DNA of 64,000 nucleotides from Phototrophicaceae bacterium (GTDB lineage Bacteria; Chloroflexota; Anaerolineae; Aggregatilineales; Phototrophicaceae): NCBI GenBank assembly GCA_965246975.1, contig OZ251996.1, positions 473,102 to 537,101 of the forward strand, read 5' to 3'. Shown piece by piece: positions 55,276 to 64,000 of this stretch (position 1 is its first letter; each line of letters starts with the position of its first letter). The notes under the pieces were generated by a model. It saw only the letters and a program-made list of their open reading frames with translations, ran no database searches and was not told where the DNA came from. The position numbers and the translations under genes were made by a program.

Positions 55276-56610
55276 CTAGTAGCGATGGAAGTAGCGTTCC
55301 ATCTCCCAGTCCGTCACCTGACGGTTGAAGTCTTCGACTTCCTGGCGACGCGAGTCCAGAAAACTATGGCTGATGTAGGGCCCCAGCGCCGAGAGGATCG
55401 TTTCGTCCGACTCCAGGGCAATGAGCGCTTCATCAAGGGTGGCGGGCAGCACCTTCATGCGGCGCAGGCGCGCGCGATCCTGGCTCAGCAGGTCCTCCTC
55501 AAGCGGCTCGGGCAGGGACATCTTCTGGCGGATGCCGTCGAGGCCGGCGATGAGCATGACGGCCGCGGCAAGGTAGGGATTGCTGGAGGGATCCGGGCAG
55601 CGCAGTTCCAGGCGCGTGTGCGTACCGCCGCCAGGCATCAGGCCGGGAACGCGAATGAGCGCTGCGCGGTTGATGTGCGCCCAGGTCACGTAGACCGGCG
55701 CCTCGATACTTGTGCCGAGACGTTTGTAGGAATTCACCAGGGGGGCGAGCACTGCGACCATGGCGCGCGCATGGTGCAGTTGCCCGGCCAGGAACCAGCG
55801 CCCGACTTCCGACAGGCCGTATTCGTGTCCCGGGTCGCTAAAGACGTTTTCACCGCTATCGATCGCATGCAGGCTCTGGTGCGTGTGCATGCCGGAGCCA
55901 GGCAGGTCACGGCGCGGCCGCGGCATAAAGGTGCAATGCAGGTTGTTGTGCTGGGCGACGGACTTTAGCGCCACGCGCGCAGTCAACACCTGGTCGGCCG
56001 TGGTCAGCGCATCGTCATAGCCGAAGTCGATCTCGTGCTGGCCGGAACCGATTTCGTGGTGAGATGAGATGACGGACATTCCCAGGCCGGTCAGGGTGGC
56101 CACCATTTTGCGCCGGATGGACTGGCGAAAGTTTGTGGACAGGTCGAAGTAGCTGACAGAATCGTGAGGCCAGGCCGGTTGCGCGGCGCCATGCTCGTCC
56201 AGCTGGAAGAGGAAGAACTCCAGCTCGACACCGGTCCTGAAGCAGAAACCCATGCTGCGCGCCTGCTGCAAGGCTGCCTGCAGCGCCCAACGCGGATCCC
56301 CAGGAAAGGGATCTCCCTGTGGAGTATGGACCTTGCAGATCAGGCGCCCGACGCGCTCTTCCGGGCTATCCCAGGGGAGCATGGCAAAGGTGTTGCTGTC
56401 AGGGATCAGGCGCAATTCGCTCTCTACCGAGCGCGCGCCACCCTCGAGAGACGAGCCATCAAACAGAACTCCCAGCTCGAGCACTTCTTCGATGCGCTCC
56501 GCCGGAATGATGATGCTCTTGACGCCGCCCGAGATGTCGACGAACCACAGGTTGATGTAGCGCAGGCGTTCCTGCCTGAAGATTTCGATGACCTCGTTGC
56601 TGTGTGGCAT
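55276..56610 (-). CDS. glnA: Glutamine synthetase (type I family)
   Basis: The Gln-synt N and C domains are recognisable (FVDISGGVKS, MPRPRRDLPGSGMHTHQS, NSYKRL). The ATG at 56610 follows GGAGA. Confidence 0.9.
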   Translation of the reverse strand: MPHSNEVIEIFRQERLRYINLWFVDISGGVKSIIIPAERIEEVLELGVLFDGSSLEGGARSVESELRLIPDSNTFAMLPWDSPEERVGRLICKVHTPQGDPFPGDPRWALQAALQQARSMGFCFRTGVELEFFLFQLDEHGAAQPAWPHDSVSYFDLSTNFRQSIRRKMVATLTGLGMSVISSHHEIGSGQHEIDFGYDDALTTADQVLTARVALKSVAQHNNLHCTFMPRPRRDLPGSGMHTHQSLHAIDSGENVFSDPGHEYGLSEVGRWFLAGQLHHARAMVAVLAPLVNSYKRLGTSIEAPVYVTWAHINRAALIRVPGLMPGGGTHTRLELRCPDPSSNPYLAAAVMLIAGLDGIRQKMSLPEPLEEDLLSQDRARLRRMKVLPATLDEALIALESDETILSALGPYISHSFLDSRRQEVEDFNRQVTDWEMERYFHRY

Positions 56611-56724
56611 ATTTCTCCGTTCAGGTTCCACCCCGGCAACCACCCAGTTTAGACGACCGGCGCAGCAGCTTCCTTCATGCTATCACCAAATCTGGCTGTG
56701 TTTCCCTGGTAAAGGGGCACAAGG

Positions 56725-57177
56725 TCATTCATCCAGCAAGCCCAGATGCCCCAGCAAGGCGTCGATGCCCAGCAGATAGCTGCGCCAGCCAAAGCCACTG
56801 ACCAGGCCCACGCAGACGCCGACCAGCATTGAGTGATGGCGGAAGGATTCACGGGCATGAACGTTGGACAGGTGCACTTCGACCACTGGCAGCCCTGCCG
56901 ATGTTATTGCGTCGCGCAGCGCCAGCGAACTGTGGGTGTAGGCGCCGGCGTTAAGGACGACGCCGTCCACCTCATCGCGCGCCGCCTGCAGGCAGTCAAC
57001 CAACGTCCCTTCATGGTTCGATTGCTGCGTCTGCAGGCTCACGCCGCGCGCTGCCACATGGCGCTGCGCCAGCTCGTTTATCCGCTCGAGGGGCATGTCC
57101 CCGTAAACTTCCGGCTGGCGAGTCCCGAGAAGGTTCAGATTGGGGCCGTGCAACAACAGAATCCGGTGCTTCAGCAT
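56725..57177 (-). CDS. aroQ: Type II 3-dehydroquinate dehydratase
   Basis: ILLLHGPNLNLLGTRQPEVYG, NAGAYTHSS and EVHLSNVHARE. Confidence 0.95.
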   Translation of the reverse strand: MLKHRILLLHGPNLNLLGTRQPEVYGDMPLERINELAQRHVAARGVSLQTQQSNHEGTLVDCLQAARDEVDGVVLNAGAYTHSSLALRDAITSAGLPVVEVHLSNVHARESFRHHSMLVGVCVGLVSGFGWRSYLLGIDALLGHLGLLDE

Positions 57178-58244
57178 GTCTGTTCCTCCCGACCAGCTTC
57201 ACCCTGCAAGCCGTTCAATACATCGATTACGGTCGCCATTGGCACGTCATCGACCAGTGTCACGTCATGGAGCGCCCGCAACAGCACGAAGCGTACACGA
57301 CCCGCGCGGCGTTTCTTGTCGGTCAGCATGGCGGCACAGATCGCCTCAGAGTCTAATTTCCCCATGCGCACCGGCAAGCCAGCGCCTGCGACGACTCGTT
57401 CGACCTCGTCAGCCAGCGCGGGAGTGCACATCCCCAGCGCCCAGGACAGGCGAGCGGCAGCCACCAGGCCGAAGCCGACTGCCTCGCCATGTGACCAGCG
57501 AAAGCTGGTGACCAGCTCAATTGCATGGGCGAAGGTGTGGCCGAGGTTGAGATGGGCGCGCACGCCGTATTCCAGCGGATCCTGCTGCACGATGTCCACC
57601 TTCACCTGCACCGCCCGGCGCACCAGCTCGGCTGCGCGCTCGCGGCAATGCAGCGCGGGATCGAGCAGCCGGACGTCCGCCAGCAGACCGTGCTTTAGCA
57701 CCTCGGCCATGCCATTGCGCCATTCACGCTGCGGCAGGGTTGCCAGTAAATCGGTATCGACCAGCACGGCCGCGGGCCGCGCGAAGGCCCCCACCAGGTT
57801 TTTGCCTTCGGCAATGTCGACGCCGGTTTTGCCACCCACGCTGGCATCGACCATGGCCAGCAGGCTGGTGGGCGCCATCACCAGGCGCAGACCGCGCAAA
57901 AACGTCGACGCGGCAAAACCAAACACGTCGCCCGCCACCCCGCCGCCCAGCGCCAGCACCGTACTTTGACGGTCCAGCCCGGCGGCAACCAGGTCACTGT
58001 AAATCTGCGCCACCATCGCCAATGATTTGTGCGCCTCGCCGTCTGGCATGGTCACTAGCGCTGCGTCCGGCAAACGACTGGCCAGCGCTGCTCCGTGCAA
58101 CGCGGCGATGCTGTCCGTTGTGCCCACGGCCACGCGTCCGCCCAGGCCAAACTCTGTAACCAGACGCTCGTCCTGGCGCAGCAGCCCGGGCTCGATGAGG
58201 ATGGCGTAGCCGCCACCCGGCCCGCTTACCTGGATGCGCGCCAC
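57171..58244 (-). CDS. aroB: 3-dehydroquinate synthase
   Basis: LGGGVAGDVFGF, GGKTGVD and NLGHTFAHAIE motifs. GTG start. Confidence 0.9.
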   Translation of the reverse strand: MARIQVSGPGGGYAILIEPGLLRQDERLVTEFGLGGRVAVGTTDSIAALHGAALASRLPDAALVTMPDGEAHKSLAMVAQIYSDLVAAGLDRQSTVLALGGGVAGDVFGFAASTFLRGLRLVMAPTSLLAMVDASVGGKTGVDIAEGKNLVGAFARPAAVLVDTDLLATLPQREWRNGMAEVLKHGLLADVRLLDPALHCRERAAELVRRAVQVKVDIVQQDPLEYGVRAHLNLGHTFAHAIELVTSFRWSHGEAVGFGLVAAARLSWALGMCTPALADEVERVVAGAGLPVRMGKLDSEAICAAMLTDKKRRAGRVRFVLLRALHDVTLVDDVPMATVIDVLNGLQGEAGREEQTC

Positions 58245-58723
58245 AGACTCACCACTTCCTGCGCCACTTGCTGCGCTTCCTTGCCATCCGTAGGTAACTG
58301 GTGCGGGATGGTCTGGTAGGTTGCCAGCCGCTGCTGGTAGAGCGACTCCCAGGCGCCATTGAAGAGGGGGCGGCCGCTATCATGCGCCAGACGTGCGCGG
58401 ATGTTCTCCGGCGACGCCAGCAGACAGATCAGGAGCCCGCTCTTTCCCAGCGCGTTACGGCTATCCACATCCAGCAAGGCACCGCCGCCGGTCGCGATGA
58501 CCAAACCGTCCTGCGCGGCGAGGAAATGACAGACGCTGCGCTCGAGCGAGCGGAAGCGATCCTCCCCTGCTTCGGCAAAGAGTTGCGCGATCGACTTGCC
58601 GGCCCGCTCAACGACAAGATCATCGCTGTCAACGAAGGGAAGTTGCAGCTGCCTGGCGACCAGGCGGCCCACCGTTGATTTGCCCGTGCCCATAAAGCCG
58701 GTGAGTACGATGTTAGCCTTCAT
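58226..58723 (-). CDS. aroK: Shikimate kinase
   Basis: Walker A GFMGTGKSTVG and DSD motif; 165 aa. Confidence 0.9.
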   Translation of the reverse strand: MKANIVLTGFMGTGKSTVGRLVARQLQLPFVDSDDLVVERAGKSIAQLFAEAGEDRFRSLERSVCHFLAAQDGLVIATGGGALLDVDSRNALGKSGLLICLLASPENIRARLAHDSGRPLFNGAWESLYQQRLATYQTIPHQLPTDGKEAQQVAQEVVSLWRASR

Positions 58724-59900
58724 AGCCGAAGCGCCACGCCACGTTGTCCATATCCAGGTCGCTCAGGCGTGCCCGGCGCAGGGTCTCGAAGCGGGGTCGC
58801 ATCTCTTCGATGCTGTCTCCGCCCAGTTTTTCCAGCAACGCTTCTGCAATCACGATGGCCAGCACTGCCTCGCCCACCGGGACGCCCCGCGGCAAGGCGC
58901 AAAAGTCACTGCGTTCGTAGGTCGTGGCTTCCGCCGCGCCGCTCGCCAGATTGACTGAAGCGAGCGCGCTTAGCACGGTCGAAATGGGCTTCATGGCAAC
59001 GCGCGCCACAATTGGCTCGCCGGTGGAGATGCCGCCTTCAATTCCGCCGGCCCGGTTTGTGCGCCGCGCAAGCGTATCACCATCCCCGGCAAGCACGATT
59101 TCATCATGCACCTGGGTGCCACGCTTTGCCGCATTGACGAAGGCCGGGCCAATTTCAGCGCCCTTCATAGCCTGGATACTGACCATCGCGCCCACGATGC
59201 GCGCGTCAAGGCGTCGGTCATGCTGGACGTAGCTGCCGAGTCCGGGAGGCACGTTCAGCGCCACCAGCTCCATGATGCCGCCCAGCGTGTCCTTGTCCAC
59301 GATGGCCTGGCGGATTTCCGCGTGCATGCGCTGCGCCAGGTCCTGGTCGGGGCAGCGCACGTCGTTTTCGCTGGCCACGCGGAAGCGGGCAGCATAGTCT
59401 GCCGGCTCGTCATCCGGGAGCTGAACCGCCACGCTGCCAATGCGCGTTACGTAGCCGCCGATGATGATGCCAAACTCCGCCAGCAGGCGGCGACAGATGG
59501 CGCCCACGGCCACGCGCATGGTCGTCTCGCGCGCGCTGGCGCGTTCCAGTGAGAGGCGTAGCTCGCGGTAGCCGTACTTGACCGCGCCAGTCAGATCGGC
59601 GTGGCCGGGACGCGGCGTGGTCAGAGGGGTGATGTCCCGTTCGCGCCAGTTGCGCCAGTCGCGATTGGCAACGGTGAGCGCGATGGGGCCGCCGGTCGTG
59701 CGTCCGTTCATCCAGCCCGCGCTCATTTGCACCTGGTCTTTTTCGATGCTCATGCGTCCGCCAGCGCCATAGCCCTGCTGCCGCCGGAACAGCTCGCGAT
59801 TGATGTCTTCCGGCGTCAGCTCGAGGCCGGCCGGTAGCCCGTCCACAATGGCGCTGATTTGCGGGCCGTGACTTTCGCCTGCCGTGAGGAATCGAATCAT
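58713..59900 (-). CDS. aroC: Chorismate synthase
   Basis: MIRFLTAGESHGP, GRMSIEKD and RSDFCALPRGV motifs. The ATG at 59900 follows GGGAGA. Confidence 0.95.
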   Translation of the reverse strand: MIRFLTAGESHGPQISAIVDGLPAGLELTPEDINRELFRRQQGYGAGGRMSIEKDQVQMSAGWMNGRTTGGPIALTVANRDWRNWRERDITPLTTPRPGHADLTGAVKYGYRELRLSLERASARETTMRVAVGAICRRLLAEFGIIIGGYVTRIGSVAVQLPDDEPADYAARFRVASENDVRCPDQDLAQRMHAEIRQAIVDKDTLGGIMELVALNVPPGLGSYVQHDRRLDARIVGAMVSIQAMKGAEIGPAFVNAAKRGTQVHDEIVLAGDGDTLARRTNRAGGIEGGISTGEPIVARVAMKPISTVLSALASVNLASGAAEATTYERSDFCALPRGVPVGEAVLAIVIAEALLEKLGGDSIEEMRPRFETLRRARLSDLDMDNVAWRFGYEG

Positions 59901-59925
59901 GGCATATCTCCCAGGCGTCAAACGC

Positions 59926-60777
59926 TCACTCTGCGGCGTCCAGGGCTGCTTCAGCAGCAGCAGTCATTGCGGGAACGTCGGCCGTCTGACCCGTCCAGAT
60001 ATTAAAGGAAGCCGCCCCTTGCCGCACCAGCATCCCCAGGCCGCCAATAGCGCGCGCGCCCTGCGCTTCGGCCAGCGCCATGAAGCGCGTCCGTCGCGGG
60101 CGGTACACAAGGTCATAGGCCGTCGCATCTGGAGGGAAAGGTATTTCTTCTGGCCAGGGACAGGATTCTGTGTTCGGCCACATGCCGAGCGAGGTACAGT
60201 TCACCACAAGCGCAGGCTGCTCGCGCGCCGCCTGCTCCAGTGTGAGTAGACTGACACACGTTATACCGGCCGCACGCTCGAGATTCGCGAGCATGTCTTC
60301 CGCCCGCGACTGCGTGCGATTGACCACGCAAACTGTGGCGCCTGCCCGGGTCAGTCCGTACACCGCCGCCCGCGCCGAGCCGCCGGCTCCCAGCACCAGC
60401 GATCGCCTGCCAGCCAGCGGCACCTCATGCGCGCGCAAGTCATCAATCAGGCCGGCGTGATCCGTATTGGTGGCGCTGTTGTCGCGGAAATCGATGGTAT
60501 TGGCGGCGCCCAACGCCAGCACGACTTCATCCGGACGGACGTGCGGCAACACGGCCTGCTTGTGCGGCACGGTTACGTTCAGGCCGAGAAAGCCGCCCTC
60601 GTCGCGCAAGGTGCGCAGACTGTGGCCCACGATGTCCGGGGGGATGGCGATGCGCTCGTAGCTCCAGTCCGACAGTCCTGCAGCCTGCAAGGCGGCAGTA
60701 TGCATCTGCGGACTGATGCTGTGCTCCACCGGCCAACCGATTACCCCGACCTTGAGTTGCAAGTTCTCTGCCTCCAT
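59926..60777 (-). CDS. aroE: Shikimate dehydrogenase
   Basis: VIGWPVEHSISPQMH, NVTVPHK and LGAGGSARA motifs. Start uncertain: ATG 60777 or TTG 60792. Confidence 0.9.
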   Translation of the reverse strand: MEAENLQLKVGVIGWPVEHSISPQMHTAALQAAGLSDWSYERIAIPPDIVGHSLRTLRDEGGFLGLNVTVPHKQAVLPHVRPDEVVLALGAANTIDFRDNSATNTDHAGLIDDLRAHEVPLAGRRSLVLGAGGSARAAVYGLTRAGATVCVVNRTQSRAEDMLANLERAAGITCVSLLTLEQAAREQPALVVNCTSLGMWPNTESCPWPEEIPFPPDATAYDLVYRPRRTRFMALAEAQGARAIGGLGMLVRQGAASFNIWTGQTADVPAMTAAAEAALDAAE

Positions 60778-60814
60778 TGAAACAAACGTCAATCGAACGG
60801 TTTAGCATGCCTGT

Positions 60815-62131
60815 TCAGGACGGCATACCCACACGCAGGTCGGCGCCCAATTGTTGCAGCGTTGCGGCAAAGCCTGGGAAGGAGTCGCTGACGCAGGCTG
60901 CGTCATGGACCGTCGTAACGCCCTGGGCCAGCATCCCGGCCAGGGTCAGACTCATGGCAATGCGGTGATCGTCATGCCCCTCAACGTCGGCGCCCAGCAA
61001 GGTCTGCGGTCCCTCAATCACGAAGCCGTCTTCCCGCTCCTCAATCTGCGCGCCGAGCCGACGCAACTCCGCCGTCATGACGGCCAGGCGATCGGTCTCC
61101 TTCAGGCGCAACTCCCGCGCATCGCGCACCGTCGTGCGCCCCTCCGCGCACAGGGCCGCCACCATCAATGCCGGAAACTCGTCGATCATGCGCACAACCA
61201 GCTCGCCGCCAATGTCAACGCCGCTCAGCGCGCTCTGGCGCACAGTCAGGGTGCCGGCCGGTTCCCCGGCTTCCTGTCCCGCCTCGCTGACGGTGATATC
61301 CGCGCCCATCATGCGCAGCGCGTCCAGCAGACCGTTGCGCGTGGCGTTGAGGTTGATGCCCGTCAGGCGCAATTCACTGCCTGGCACAGAAGCTCCGGCG
61401 ACCAGAAGAAAGGCTGCCGATGAGAAATCTCCCGGCACACGGAAGGAAAGTGGATCCAGCGAAGCGCAAGGCTGCAGCGTGATCGTCCTGCCTTCGTTAT
61501 GGACTTTGACGCCCGACGCCCGCAGCATACATTCGCTGTGATCGCGCGTCGGCGCCGGCTCAAGCACAACGGTCTCGCCCTGGGCGAACAATCCGGCCAG
61601 CAGCACGGTACTTTTCACCTGGGCACTGGCGACCGGCATTTCGTAGCGGATGCCCTTCAGCGCTGATGGCTCGATCCGCAATGGGGCACGGCCCTGGTCG
61701 CCACTGATGTCTGCGCCCATCTGCCGAAGTGGCGTGATGATGCGCGTCATCGGACGACGGCGCAGTTGGGCGCTGCCATCCAGCACGCTGGCGAATGGCT
61801 GTCCCGCCATGACACCGGCCATCAGGCGGATGCCTGTGCCGGCATTGACGAAATCGAGCGGCGTCTCCGCGGCTTGCAGGGCGCCAGTGCCGTGAATGTG
61901 AAGTTCGTCCGCTGCGGGGCGTTCTATGTGCACGCCGAGCGCCTGAACGCTGCGCAGGGTCGCTTCGGTGTCGCCCGCCGCCAGCCAGCCGCGCACCTGT
62001 GATTTGCCCTGGGCCAGTGCGCCCAGCATCACGGCGCGGTGCGAAATGGACTTGTCGCCCGGCACGGTCGTTGTCCCGCGCAGGCCCTGCATGGTTTGCA
62101 CAATGAGGCGGATTTCGTCAGGGCTGTGCAT
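60815..62131 (-). CDS. aroA: 3-phosphoshikimate 1-carboxyvinyltransferase (EPSP synthase)
   Basis: VPGDKSISHRAVMLGAL, LDFVNAGTGIRL and DHRIAMS motifs. The ATG at 62131 overlaps the tyrA 3' end. Confidence 0.95.
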   Translation of the reverse strand: MHSPDEIRLIVQTMQGLRGTTTVPGDKSISHRAVMLGALAQGKSQVRGWLAAGDTEATLRSVQALGVHIERPAADELHIHGTGALQAAETPLDFVNAGTGIRLMAGVMAGQPFASVLDGSAQLRRRPMTRIITPLRQMGADISGDQGRAPLRIEPSALKGIRYEMPVASAQVKSTVLLAGLFAQGETVVLEPAPTRDHSECMLRASGVKVHNEGRTITLQPCASLDPLSFRVPGDFSSAAFLLVAGASVPGSELRLTGINLNATRNGLLDALRMMGADITVSEAGQEAGEPAGTLTVRQSALSGVDIGGELVVRMIDEFPALMVAALCAEGRTTVRDARELRLKETDRLAVMTAELRRLGAQIEEREDGFVIEGPQTLLGADVEGHDDHRIAMSLTLAGMLAQGVTTVHDAACVSDSFPGFAATLQQLGADLRVGMPS

Positions 62132-63050
62132 GTCTCGCTCCGTTCGCAGCCGTCCACTCCCGGCGCGACTCACTGATGGGCTGCAGCGTGGCGGCCAGAC
62201 GCTGGTCGTCGCGCGATATGAGCATGGCCTCGATCTGCGCCAGCTGCATACGGAACATCGCCAGCAGAGTTGCTATGGCCTGGGTATTGGTGCTGAGTAT
62301 GTCGCCCATCATGCGCACATCGCTGCCTGCCAGACGCGACATGTCGCGAAAGCCGCCAGCTGCCAGCTCCCAGACGGCCTCGTCATTCTTGCCTTCGTTA
62401 GCCACCGTAGCCACCAGCGCCGTGCTCAAGAGATAAGGCAAATGGCTGATGGCCGCCACTACGCGATCGTGGCGCTCGGCTTCCATTTCGATAGGGATGG
62501 CACCCAGCGCCATCACCAGAGAACGGGCGCGTATCAGCGCAGACGGCGTCGTGCGCCGGTTGGGACAAAGTACAAAGGGACGTTCGCGGAACATAGTGCC
62601 GTCACTGGCAGCAACGCCACTCTGCTCGCGCCCGGTCATCGGGTGCCCACCCACTGCCAGGATGCCGATAGGCAGCTCCTGCATCGCGCGCCCGATGCCT
62701 TGCTTGGTGCTGCCCAGATCAAGCAACAGGGTGTTGGAGCGCATGTAGGTGCCAAGGCGCTGCTCCAGCATCTCAATGATGCTGCGCACCGGCGTCGCCA
62801 GCACGACTACATCGGCATCGGCCACGCCCTCGCGCAAGTCAGCCGTCGCCTGGGCGACGATGCCGCGCTCCAGCGCCTGTTCGCGCGCCGCGGCGCTGGA
62901 TTCCACACCCGTGACCAGGTCCGCATGGTCCTGCAAGGCCAGGGCCAGCGACCCACCCATCAGCCCGAGGCCCACGACCGTCAACTGGCGGCAGTGGAAG
63001 CCAGTGGCAACCGCGCTCTCCGCGTCCGGCATCGTCAGCATCTCGTTCAA
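62118..63050 (-). CDS. tyrA: Prephenate dehydrogenase
   Basis: VVGLGLMGGSLALAL Rossmann motif, GGHPMTG and SHLPYL motifs. TTG start overlaps the aroH stop (TTGA); the ATGs at 63041 and 63032 are alternatives. Confidence 0.85.
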   Translation of the reverse strand: MNEMLTMPDAESAVATGFHCRQLTVVGLGLMGGSLALALQDHADLVTGVESSAAAREQALERGIVAQATADLREGVADADVVVLATPVRSIIEMLEQRLGTYMRSNTLLLDLGSTKQGIGRAMQELPIGILAVGGHPMTGREQSGVAASDGTMFRERPFVLCPNRRTTPSALIRARSLVMALGAIPIEMEAERHDRVVAAISHLPYLLSTALVATVANEGKNDEAVWELAAGGFRDMSRLAGSDVRMMGDILSTNTQAIATLLAMFRMQLAQIEAMLISRDDQRLAATLQPISESRREWTAANGARHAQP

Positions 63051-63421
63051 GACAGCCTCTCATCGACCAGGTCCGGTCGTAGCACTTGCGCCCCGCGCAA
63101 GAATCGATGCTCGAGTTCGTCAAGACCCTTGTCCGTGTTCCAGTGCAGCAGCACGCGGATGCAACGTGCCAGGCCCTGGGACACCGGTGCTTCCAACGTA
63201 CCCATAAGCGCAACGCCGTTCCAGCCAAGCTCGCGCGCGGCGCGTGCCGGAAATGCCGCTGTCAGGTCAGAGGTACTGGTAAACAGCACGCTGGCGACTT
63301 CATGTTCCTCGATTCCGTTCGCTTCAATCAGGGCAGTGAGCAACTCGTGCGTGGCGCCCAGGATGGCGGACTCGCAGTTTTCCTCCACTGTAATTGCGCC
63401 GCGCACTCCCCGCAGCATCAT
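63047..63421 (-). CDS. aroH: Chorismate mutase, AroH class
   Basis: MLRGVRGAITVEEN N-terminus and about 120 aa length are characteristic of AroH-type monofunctional mutases. AGGAGGG RBS. Confidence 0.85.
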   Translation of the reverse strand: MMLRGVRGAITVEENCESAILGATHELLTALIEANGIEEHEVASVLFTSTSDLTAAFPARAARELGWNGVALMGTLEAPVSQGLARCIRVLLHWNTDKGLDELEHRFLRGAQVLRPDLVDERLS

Positions 63422-63464
63422 CGGCGCCCTCCTGTCTGCCCCTCGTTCACTTTAAACCTCTGCC

Positions 63465-63501
63465 TACAAACAAAAAAGACGCGGAGCCTGTGCCCTGCGC
63501 C
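63465..63501 (-). terminator. Intrinsic terminator-like hairpin followed by a U tract, between the trpA-proximal region and aroH
   Basis: - strand: GGCGCAGGG-CACAGG-CUCCGCGUC (8 pairs including 2 G-U, plus one A-C mismatch), followed by UUUUUUGUUUG. Confidence 0.45.
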
Positions 63502-63528
63502 TTGACGTTCCCCGAGTTGCGGCTCGTC

Positions 63529-63699
63529 TCACCGGCTGCTGGCGTACAGCGCTCCACTCGCCTCGCGGGAGGGGTAATAAAACTGGATTTCCGCGCTGCG
63601 CCTGCCTGTCACGATATACCCGGCCTGTTCATTGATCGGCTGCATGATAGCAAGGGTTGCGAAAGCTGTCAACACAGCTGCGCCGGGCAGCTCAGTCAT
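63529..63699 (-). CDS. Hypothetical 56-aa ORF translationally coupled to trpA (possible leader-type ORF)
   Basis: Its ATG overlaps the trpA stop (ATGACTGA). It encodes ...EIQFYYPSRE... and ends 27 nt before the terminator-like hairpin. Coding status is unproven. Confidence 0.3.
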   Translation of the reverse strand: MTELPGAAVLTAFATLAIMQPINEQAGYIVTGRRSAEIQFYYPSREASGALYASSR

Positions 63700-64000
63700 C
63701 GTCCAACGCCAGGCGCAAGGAGGCCGCCAGTTCGCCGACAGCAGCAGGCCCGTTGGCGCCGGCGCGGACGAGCGCGCTGCCCACCACAAAGCCGTCCACC
63801 AGCCCGTTCATGCTGCGCGCCTGCGGCGGCGTGCTGATGCCTAAACCCAGCACCAGACGCTGCTGCGTTTCCTTTCGCACGCGCGCAATGAAGTCGCGCA
63901 GGTCAGGTGGCAACTCACTTCGCTCGCCGGTGACGCCGGTCAACGAGACGCAGTAGATGAAGCCGCGGGCGCGTTCTGCAACCAGTCGGATGCGCTTTTT
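63692..64000 (-). CDS. trpA: Tryptophan synthase alpha chain, C-terminal part (5' end outside the window)
   Basis: The frame is open to the window edge. GFIYCVSLTGVTGER and VDGFVVGSALV are TrpA motifs. Confidence 0.85.
   Translation of the reverse strand, partial: KKRIRLVAERARGFIYCVSLTGVTGERSELPPDLRDFIARVRKETQQRLVLGLGISTPPQARSMNGLVDGFVVGSALVRAGANGPAAVGELAASLRLALDDD

Noticed and set aside
56611-56724. A GlnR/TnrA-type box or glutamine riboswitch upstream of glnA.
   Set aside because: There is no TGTNA-N7-TNACA-like site. The only TGT...ACA pair is spaced far too widely, and no convincing conserved structure was visible by eye.
57011-57025. A T-arm-like GGTTCGATT string that could hint at a tRNA.
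   Set aside because: It lies inside the well-supported aroQ coding sequence, and no acceptor or anticodon stems can be drawn around it. No other tRNA-like, rRNA-like or CRISPR repeat structure was seen in the window.

Overview
Gene-dense, high-GC chromosomal window with about 60 protein-coding genes. I found no rRNA, tRNA, CRISPR array, transposase, integrase or phage gene. Many genes overlap by 1-4 nt (ATGA, GTGA, TAATG), which indicates long translationally coupled operons. Start codons are often GTG or TTG, and many listed ORFs begin upstream of the likely true start.

Layout:
- 1-9750 (+): Dpp/Opp-type ABC importer, followed by a HyuA-like ATPase bracketed by three DUF917 paralogs.
- 9693-15228 (-): WecA/MraY-like transferase, gnd, and a GlcD-GlcF-type FAD/Fe-S oxidase that is split by a frameshift.
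- 15229-15815: low-GC islet with a single membrane-protein gene.
- 15816-21941 (-): operon of a lone molybdenum-hydroxylase large subunit, an unknown-domain/GDPD fusion, an amidase and an SDR.
- 22109-31787 (+): coxG, form-II-type coxS-L-M, coxD/E/F-like maturation genes, a MoeA-like gene and a ThrC-like gene.
- 31794-37652 (-): Ldh_2 oxidoreductase plus a BMP-family ABC importer.
- 37950-41744 (+): a third molybdenum hydroxylase, with an FAD subunit and a fused FeS-Mo subunit.
- 41805-47298 (+): glycan cluster (GH, SBP_bac_3, GT4, GT4, GT9).
- 47274-64000: housekeeping genes (SDR, pfk, rqcH, purA, S51-like, PIG-L, ricT, glnA), an eight-gene aromatic operon (aroH-tyrA-aroA-aroE-aroC-aroK-aroB-aroQ) and the 3' end of trpA.

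The gene content and high GC suggest a monoderm high-GC lineage such as Chloroflexota or Actinomycetota, but this cannot be established from the window alone.

Best candidates for something undescribed: the HyuA-like/3x DUF917 module coupled to a peptide-type importer, the Vps62-like/GDPD fusion in an orphan Mo-hydroxylase operon, and a possible leader-ORF/terminator element between trpA and the aro genes. All functional calls come from reading motifs by eye; no database search was run.
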